Below are positions 50,172 to 56,618 of a DNA stretch of 56,618 bases, piece after piece (the first letter of the stretch is position 1; each line of letters starts with the position of its first letter). This DNA is from Pseudonocardiales bacterium (GTDB lineage: Bacteria; Actinomycetota; Actinomycetes; Mycobacteriales; Jatrophihabitantaceae). Made by a program: the position numbers and the translations under genes. Where the stretch lies: contig JAOPVO010000303.1 of assembly GCA_025966155.1 (NCBI GenBank), positions 1 to 56,618 of the forward strand. The letters are read 5' to 3'. Below the pieces are notes generated by a model, which saw only the letters and a list, made by a program, of their open reading frames with translations, ran no database searches and had not been told where the DNA came from.

Positions 50172-50364
50172 CCGCGGCCCCGGCCAGCTCATCGGCGCCG
50201 TACCGGCCGGCTCGGAGGGCTAGGGAGTACCCGCCGGCCAGGACAGCGATGGTGGTCGCACCGCCCTTCGCGGCGGCGGTGACGTCCCAGGGCGCGTAGC
50301 CGATCATGATCGCCCGCCGGTCGGCCGCGGCGCGGACGACCCCGTCGAACGATGCGATGGGCAT
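50164..50364 (-). pseudogene. possible C-terminal remnant of a HAD-family hydrolase (66-aa ORF)
   Basis: IMIGYAPWDVTAAAKGGATTIAVLAGGYS resembles HAD motif III (vGDtxxDvxaAkaAGxxtiaVltG), but with the catalytic Asp replaced by Tyr. The N-terminal two-thirds of a HAD fold are absent. Confidence 0.3.
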
Positions 50365-50408
50365 GGGAGTGGCTCTACCCGGGGCCCGCGCCTGCGCACC
50401 GCGCCCGC

Positions 50409-53400
50409 TCAGCTGCGCAGCCGCAGGCCGCGGGGGGTGGGCCGGAACCCAGCTGCCTCGAGCGCCTCGCCCAGTGCGGACGCGGCAACCGGCGCGCCAT
50501 CGGCCCGCTCGACCTGCAGCTTCCCGAGGCTGCCGCCGCGGGCGCTGAGCGCCAGCGCATCGGCGGCCGGCGCCAGCACCGCGGGATCGTCGCTGAACGA
50601 CAGCAGGGTCTTGCCGCCGCGCTCGACATAGAGGGCGAGCTCGCCGTCGACCAGCACCACCAGCGAGCCGGCCTTGCGTGCCGGCTGATGGCCCCGGGTG
50701 GTCTTGCGGATGGGGACTGGCTCGAGGCCGGGGGAGTCCAGATCGGGGCCCACGAGCGCGACCTCAGCCGCGGCCCCGTGAACGGGCCAGGGCAGCGCCG
50801 CGCCGTAGACATTCGCCGGATCGGTCGCGGCCAGCACCAGCGCGGGGGTGGCCGTCCGGTCGGCGGCGGCATAGGCCCGCACCCGATCCACGGCGCCCGG
50901 CGTGGCGAACTGCGCCGCCCCGAGCCCGTCGACGAAGTACCCGCGCCGGGCCCGCCCGGACTCCTCGGCCGCCTTCAGCACCGGGTACACCGCAGAGAAG
51001 CCGCCGGGGAGGCGCTGGGCCACAACCGCCCCCCGGGTGACGACGCCATAGCGGTCGAGCAGGGCCTCCGCCGCCGCGTGGGCCCGGAGCGTGGGCTCGC
51101 CATCGCGAGCGGGCAGCAGCCACCATCGCCCGGTCATCGACGGGGGGCCGGTGCGAGCCGGGACGAACGGGCGGCTGCCGGCCAGCGACCGTCCGTAGCG
51201 GGCCCGCTGGGGCCGCGCTCGGACGGTCGGTGCGCGACCGGCCCCGAGCCGCAGCGCCCGCAGCGGCGCCAGGGAGTCGTTGGTCAGCTGCCCGGCCCAC
51301 ACGAGGTCCCACACCGCTGCGGCCAGCGCGGCGTCGTCGGTCGAGCCCACGCGGTCGGAAAGCGCGCGGAAGAACAGTGCTCCCACGTCATCGCCGCCTG
51401 CGCCCAGTGCGGCGAGCACAGCCACCTGAATCTCCGAGGCCTCCAGCGGAGCGGGCGGCGGCAGCAGCAGGTCAGCGGTGTCGGCGGGGGAGAGGCACAC
51501 CCATCCGTCGGATCCGCCGAGCGAGCCGGCCCCGCACCAGAGCACCTCGCCAGCGCCGGTGAGCTCGTCCAGCATCGCTGGTGAATAGTCGGCTACCCGT
51601 GCCGGCAGGATGAGGGTCTCGAGCGCGCTGGACGGGATCGGGACGCCGGCCAGCTGCTCGACCGCCCGCAGCACGCCGTCGACGCCGCGCGCCGACGAGC
51701 GCCCGCTGATGCCCTGCCAAGCCGGGGCGAAGCGGGCCAGAGCGGCCGGCTCGACCGGCTCGATCTCCTGTCGCAGCACCGCGAGGGAGCGGCGGCGGAT
51801 GGCGCGGAGCACTTCGGCATCGCACCATTCGAGCCCACTGCCGCCGGGCCGGAACTCCCCGGACATGACCCGGCCGGACGCCTGCAGCCGCTCGAGCACG
51901 CCAGTGACGACGGCCGCGCCCAGGCCCAGCCGCGACGCGACGTCGATGGATTGGAATGGCCCGTGGGTTCGGGCGAAGCGCGAGACGAGGTCGCCCAGCG
52001 GGTCGCGGACGGGCTCGGTGAACACCTCGGGCACGCCGACCGGCAGCGCGGCGCCGAGCGCGTCGCGGATGCGCCCGGCGTCCTCGATGGCCATCCAGCG
52101 CTCTTCGCCGGCTATACGCACCCGGATCGCGCGGCGGGCCTCCTCGAGCGCGGCGAGATCCTGCGGGGTGGCGCCGCGGGCGATCGCCTCGTCGGTGGCC
52201 AGATCGCCGATGCCGCGCAGCAGGTCGTGCACCGAGTCCACCCCGCGGGCGCGGCGCGATTCGACCAGGCGCTGCGCCTCCTGCTCGACCTGCGCCATCG
52301 CATCCGGGTCCAGCAGCTCCCTGAGCTCCGTCGACCCGAGCAACTGGGCCAGCAGCGAGGCATCGAGGGACAGCGCCTGCGCGCGGCGCTCGGCCAGCGG
52401 GGCATCGCCCTCGTAGAGGAACATCCCGACGTAGCCGAACAGCAGCGATTTGGCGAAGGGCGACGGCACCTGCGTCTCGACCTCGACGACGCGGACGGCG
52501 CGGGTCTGGAGTTCGCGCATGATCCCGACCAGGCCCGGAACATCGAACACGTCCTGCAGGCACTCGCGCATCGCCTCGAGGACCACTGGGAACGACCCGT
52601 ACTGGCTGGCCACCTGAAGCAGCGCATTCGCGCGCTGGCGCTGCTGCCAGAGCGGCGCGCGACGGCGGGGATCGCGCTTGGGCAGCAGCAGCGAGCGAGC
52701 CGCGCACTCGCGGAAGCGGGAGGCGAACAGCGCCGACCCGCCGACCTCGTTCGTGACGATGCCGGCGATCTCATCCGGGTCGAAGATAGCCAGCTCAGCC
52801 GATGGCGGCTCGCCCTCGGTCTCGGGCAGGCGCAGCACGATGCCGTCGTCGGAGTGCATCGAGGTGACGTCGAGCCCGTGCCGCTCGCGCAATCGGGCCG
52901 CGATGGCCAACGCCCATGGCGCATTCACCGGAGCCCCGAACGGGGAGTGCACGATGAGGCGCCAGTCACCGAGCTCATCGCGGAACCGCTCGATGAGGAT
53001 CGTCTTGTCGCTGGGCAGATGGGCGGTGGCCTCGCGCTGCTCGGCGATGTACTGGAGCAGGTTGGCTGTGCCCCACTCGTCCAGCCCCGCCGCCCGCGCC
53101 CGTGCCGCTGCCTTGTCCGGCTCGGCGGTCGATACCTCGCGCAGGAACGCGCCCAGGGCCCGTCCGAGCTCAACCGGGCGACCGGGGGAGTCGCCCTTCC
53201 AGAAGGGCATCTTGCCGGCCTCGCCCGGTGCGGGCGTCACCAGGACGCGATCGTGGGTGATCTCCTCGATCCGCCACGACGACGACCCGAGCAGGAACAC
53301 ATCGCCGACTCTGGATTCGTACACCATCTCCTCGTCCAGCTCGCCGACCCGGCGGCCGGGTCCCTCGCCGCTGGCCATGAATACCCCGAAAAGCCCGCGG

Positions 53401-55132
53401 TCGGGGATGGTGCCGCCGCTGGTGACGGCGAGGCGCTGGGCTCCGGGCCGGCCGGTCAGGACGCCCGTGACGCGGTCCCACACGATGCGCGGGCGCAGCT
53501 CGGCGAACTCATCGGACGGATAGCGTCCGGCCAGCATGTCGAGCACGGCCTCGAGTGCCGTGCGGGGCAGGGCCGCGAAGGGGGCGCAGCGCCGGATGAG
53601 ATCCTCGACCTCGTCGACGGTCATCTCGTCCATCGCCAGCATGGCCACGATCTGCTGGGCCAGGACGTCGAGTGGGTTCCGCGGGAAACGCATCGCTCGA
53701 TCTGGCCGGCGGCCATCCGCTCGGCGACCACGGCGCACTGCACGAGGTCGCCGCGGTACTTGGGGAAGATCACGCCGCGAGAGACCGCGCCCACCTGATG
53801 CCCGGCCCGCCCGATCCGCTGCAATCCAGCCGCCACGGAGGGCGGCGACTCGATCTGCACCACTAGATCGACGGCGCCCATATCGATGCCGAGCTCGAGG
53901 GACGAGGTGGCAACCACGGCGGGGAGCTGACCGGCCTTGAGTGCCTCCTCGACCAGCGCCCGCTGCTCGCGCGATACCGAACCGTGGTGCGCCCGCGCGA
54001 CCACCGCCGAGCCCGCTGCATCGGCCGGCGCGCCGGACCCGGCTTGAGCCATGAGCTGGGCCGGCGCGCGGGCGACCAGGGCGCCCAGCGACTCAGGCTC
54101 GGCGCTGTCGGTGGCGCGCTCGAGGGCCATCATCGCCCGCTCGGTGGCGATCTCGTTCAGCCGGGACGTCAGTCGCTCGGCCAGGCGCCGGGAGTTGGCG
54201 AACACGATCGTCGATCGATGCGATTCGACGAGATCGAGCACCCGCTCCTCGACGTGCGGCCAGATCGACGCCCGCTTCGACGCCCCGGCCGCAGAGCCGG
54301 TGAGGTCGTCGGTGGGCTCGCCCAGGTTGGACATGTCCTCGATCGGCACAACCACCTGGAGGTCGAACACCTTGGTCGAGGGCGGCGCGACGATGCTCAC
54401 GGGCCGTCCGCCGGCCAGGAATGTCGCGACCTCATCGAGCGGGCGCACGGTGGCGGACAGCCCGATCCGCTGTGCCGGGTGCTCCAGCAGCGCATCGAGG
54501 CGCTCGAGGGTCAAGGCCAGGTGGGCCCCGCGCTTGGTCGCGCAAACCGCGTGGACCTCGTCGATGATCACGGTCTGCACCCCGCGCAGCGAGTTGCGGG
54601 CCTGGGACGTCAGCAGCAGGAACAGCGACTCGGGCGTGGTGATGAGGATGTCGCCTGGGGTCCTGGCGAAGGCGCGCCGCTCATCGGCTGGTGTGTCGCC
54701 GGACCGCATCGACACAGTGATATCGGGCACCGGCGCGCCGAGCCGGGCGGCGGCTTGGCGGATGCCGGCCAGCGGCGATCGCAGATTGCGCTCGACATCC
54801 ACGGCCAGCGCCTTCAGCGGGGAGATGTAGAGGACCCGGCACCGCCGCAGGACATCCTCGGGCAGGGGCTCGGCCGCGAGCGTGTCCAGCGAGGACAGGA
54901 AAGCGGCGAGGGTCTTGCCCGACCCGGTCGGGGCGACGACCAGCGTGTGGTCGCCGCGCCCGATCGCGTCCCAGGCCCCGACCTGGGCCGGGGTCGGGCC
55001 CTCGAACGCCCCGGTGAACCAAGCCCGGGTGGCCGCCGAGAACTTCCCTAGGACGGTGGCGGCATCGGGGGTGACTGCTTTGGGCGCAGCGGTGCCATCG
55101 AGGCGCCGGTCGGTGGGGTTCTTTCGGGGCAC
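50409..55132 (-). pseudogene. lhr: ATP-dependent helicase Lhr, reading frame broken near 53693-53698
   Basis: The N-terminal ORF 53621..55273 (likely GTG 55132) carries APTGSGKTL, DEVH and GRAGH. The C-terminal ORF 50409..53738 continues with RFPRNPLDVLAQQIV. The two frames overlap by 118 nt and join cleanly at GQIE/(x)MRFPRNPLD if one base is restored. The total is about 1574 codons, as expected for Lhr. Confidence 0.85.
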
Positions 55133-55190
55133 CGCACGAGTGTGCCCCGAGGCGCCGACAGAACCCGAGGAGTCGATCAGCCGGCGATGA

Positions 55191-56612
55191 TCAGGACAGG
55201 TCGAGGCCCGGGTAGAGCGGGAAGCGGTCCAGCAGCTCCGCGGCGGCCGCGCGGGTGTTCGCGGCCACCCCATCGGGCAGCTCGTACTTGGCCTTCGACG
55301 GACCCCCGGCGGCGGTGGTCGAGGCTGACGCGGCGCTCAGCACGCCGGTGATGAGCTCGGCGGTCCGGTCGAATTCGGCCGTGCCGAAGCCGCGGCTGGT
55401 CAGCGCCGGGGTGCCCAGGCGCACGCCCGAGGTGTACCAGGCGCCGTTGGTGTCGTTCGGGATCGAGTTGCGGTTGGTGACGATGCCCGAGTCGACCAGG
55501 GCGGACTCCGCCTGCCGGCCGGTCAGCCCGTAGCCCGACACGTCCAGCAGGACGAGGTGGTTGTCGGTGCCGTCGGTGACCAAGCGGGCGCCGCGGCTCT
55601 TGAGGCCCTCGGCCAGCGCGACGGCATTGTTCGCGACGGCCTGCGCGTAGGTGGCGAAGGCGGGGAGGCGGGCCTCGGCCAGCGCGACGGCCTTGGCAGC
55701 CATAACGTGCGGGAGCGGCCCGCCCAGCACCATGGGGCAGCCGCGATCCACGGACTCGGCGAACTCCTCGGTGGCCAGCACCATGCCGCCGCGCGGGCCC
55801 CGGAGCGACTTGTGGGTCGTGGTCGTGACGACGTGCGCGTTGGGCACCGGGTCGAACTCGCCCGTGAGCACCTTGCCGGCGACCAGGCCCGCGAAGTGGG
55901 CCATGTCCACGATCAGCGTCGCGCCGACCTCGTCGGCGATCTCGCGCATCTTGGCGAAGTTGATCCGCCGCGGGTACGCCGAGTAGCCGGCCATCAGGAT
56001 GAGGGGCTTGAACTCCTTGGCGCGCGCGCGCACGGAGTCGTAGTCGAGCAGGCCCGTGCCGGGATTGGTGCCGTAGGAGGACTGCTCGAACATCTTGCCG
56101 GAGATGTTGGGGCGGAAGCCGTGGGTCAGGTGGCCCCCGGCGTCCAGGGACATGCCGAGCATCCGCTGGTCGCCCAGCGCGCGGCGCAGCTTCGCCCAGT
56201 CGGCGTCGGTGAGGTCGTTGACGTGCCCGGCGCCGGCCTCGGCCAGGGCCGGGGACTCGATGCGCTGGGCCAGAACGGCCCAGAACGCCACCAAGTTCGC
56301 GTCGATGCCCGAGTGCGGCTGCACGTAGGCGTACTCCGCGCCGAACAGCTCGCGGGCGTGCTCGGCGGCGATGGACTCGACGGTGTCGACGTTCTGGCAT
56401 GCGGCGTAGAAGCGGTGGCCGACGGTGCCCTCGGCGTACTTGTCGGAGAACCAGTTGCCCATCGTCAGCAGGACCGCGGGGCTGGCGTAGTTCTCGCTCG
56501 CGATGAGCTTGAGCGACGAGCGCTGGTCCGCGAGCTCGCTGGCGATCGCGCCGGCGATGCGCGGCTCGATCGACCCGATGACCGCCAGCGCATTGCGGTA
56601 GGCGTCGGACAC
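55191..56612 (-). CDS. glyA: serine hydroxymethyltransferase (long form)
   Basis: LIASENY, PLP-lysine motif [14 protein letters not shown]. 473 aa from GTG 56612, which is 6 nt from the window edge, so the true start could lie outside. Confidence 0.93.
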   Translation of the reverse strand: MSDAYRNALAVIGSIEPRIAGAIASELADQRSSLKLIASENYASPAVLLTMGNWFSDKYAEGTVGHRFYAACQNVDTVESIAAEHARELFGAEYAYVQPHSGIDANLVAFWAVLAQRIESPALAEAGAGHVNDLTDADWAKLRRALGDQRMLGMSLDAGGHLTHGFRPNISGKMFEQSSYGTNPGTGLLDYDSVRARAKEFKPLILMAGYSAYPRRINFAKMREIADEVGATLIVDMAHFAGLVAGKVLTGEFDPVPNAHVVTTTTHKSLRGPRGGMVLATEEFAESVDRGCPMVLGGPLPHVMAAKAVALAEARLPAFATYAQAVANNAVALAEGLKSRGARLVTDGTDNHLVLLDVSGYGLTGRQAESALVDSGIVTNRNSIPNDTNGAWYTSGVRLGTPALTSRGFGTAEFDRTAELITGVLSAASASTTAAGGPSKAKYELPDGVAANTRAAAAELLDRFPLYPGLDLS

Positions 56613-56618
56613 CAGTGC

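Noticed and set aside
53690-53700. Programmed -1 ribosomal frameshift joining the two lhr ORFs
   Set aside because: I found no slippery heptamer or obvious downstream stimulatory structure at the junction. A 1-nt deletion or sequencing error is the simpler explanation.

Overview
High-GC (about 70%) actinobacterial chromosome segment. No similarity search could be run, so all family calls rest on motifs read in the ORF translations, gene order and overlaps. The backbone is a conserved housekeeping block, with an order resembling M. tuberculosis Rv2785c-Rv2744c: rpsO-pnp ... pepR-dapB ... thyX ... dapA-ftsK-argA-like-rimO-pgsA-cinA-clgR-pspA, then nei, lhr and glyA. Three accessory-looking blocks interrupt it. 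(1) 695-5633 is a translationally coupled epimerase / GT4 / GT-C membrane glycosyltransferase trio upstream of rpsO. (2) About 18.8 kb (8.5-27.3 kb) sits between pnp and pepR, which I recall as adjacent in other actinobacteria. It holds a sulfur locus: sulfate ABC importer plus a Cys-free Rrf2, cysteine dioxygenase-rhodanese-DUF4395, and alpha/beta hydrolase-SseA-FAD oxidase. It also holds a GntR-headed operon combining a dihydropyrimidinase/hydantoinase-like amidohydrolase, an Opp/Dpp-type importer with a fused permease-ATPase, and a RutA-like flavin monooxygenase. This operon is the best candidate here for an undescribed catabolic system. (3) 36.6-40.2 kb is an aldehyde dehydrogenase-DUF779 pair with a GAF/winged-helix regulator carrying an in-frame 9-bp x5 tandem repeat. 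Other points: the large helicase gene lhr is broken by an apparent 1-nt deletion; a short GGT(C/T)CAAC motif recurs in four 5' regions of the accessory block; and there are several palindromes and direct repeats at promoters. No tRNA, rRNA, CRISPR, transposase or integrase was seen. Many long antisense ORFs in the track are GC-bias artefacts.
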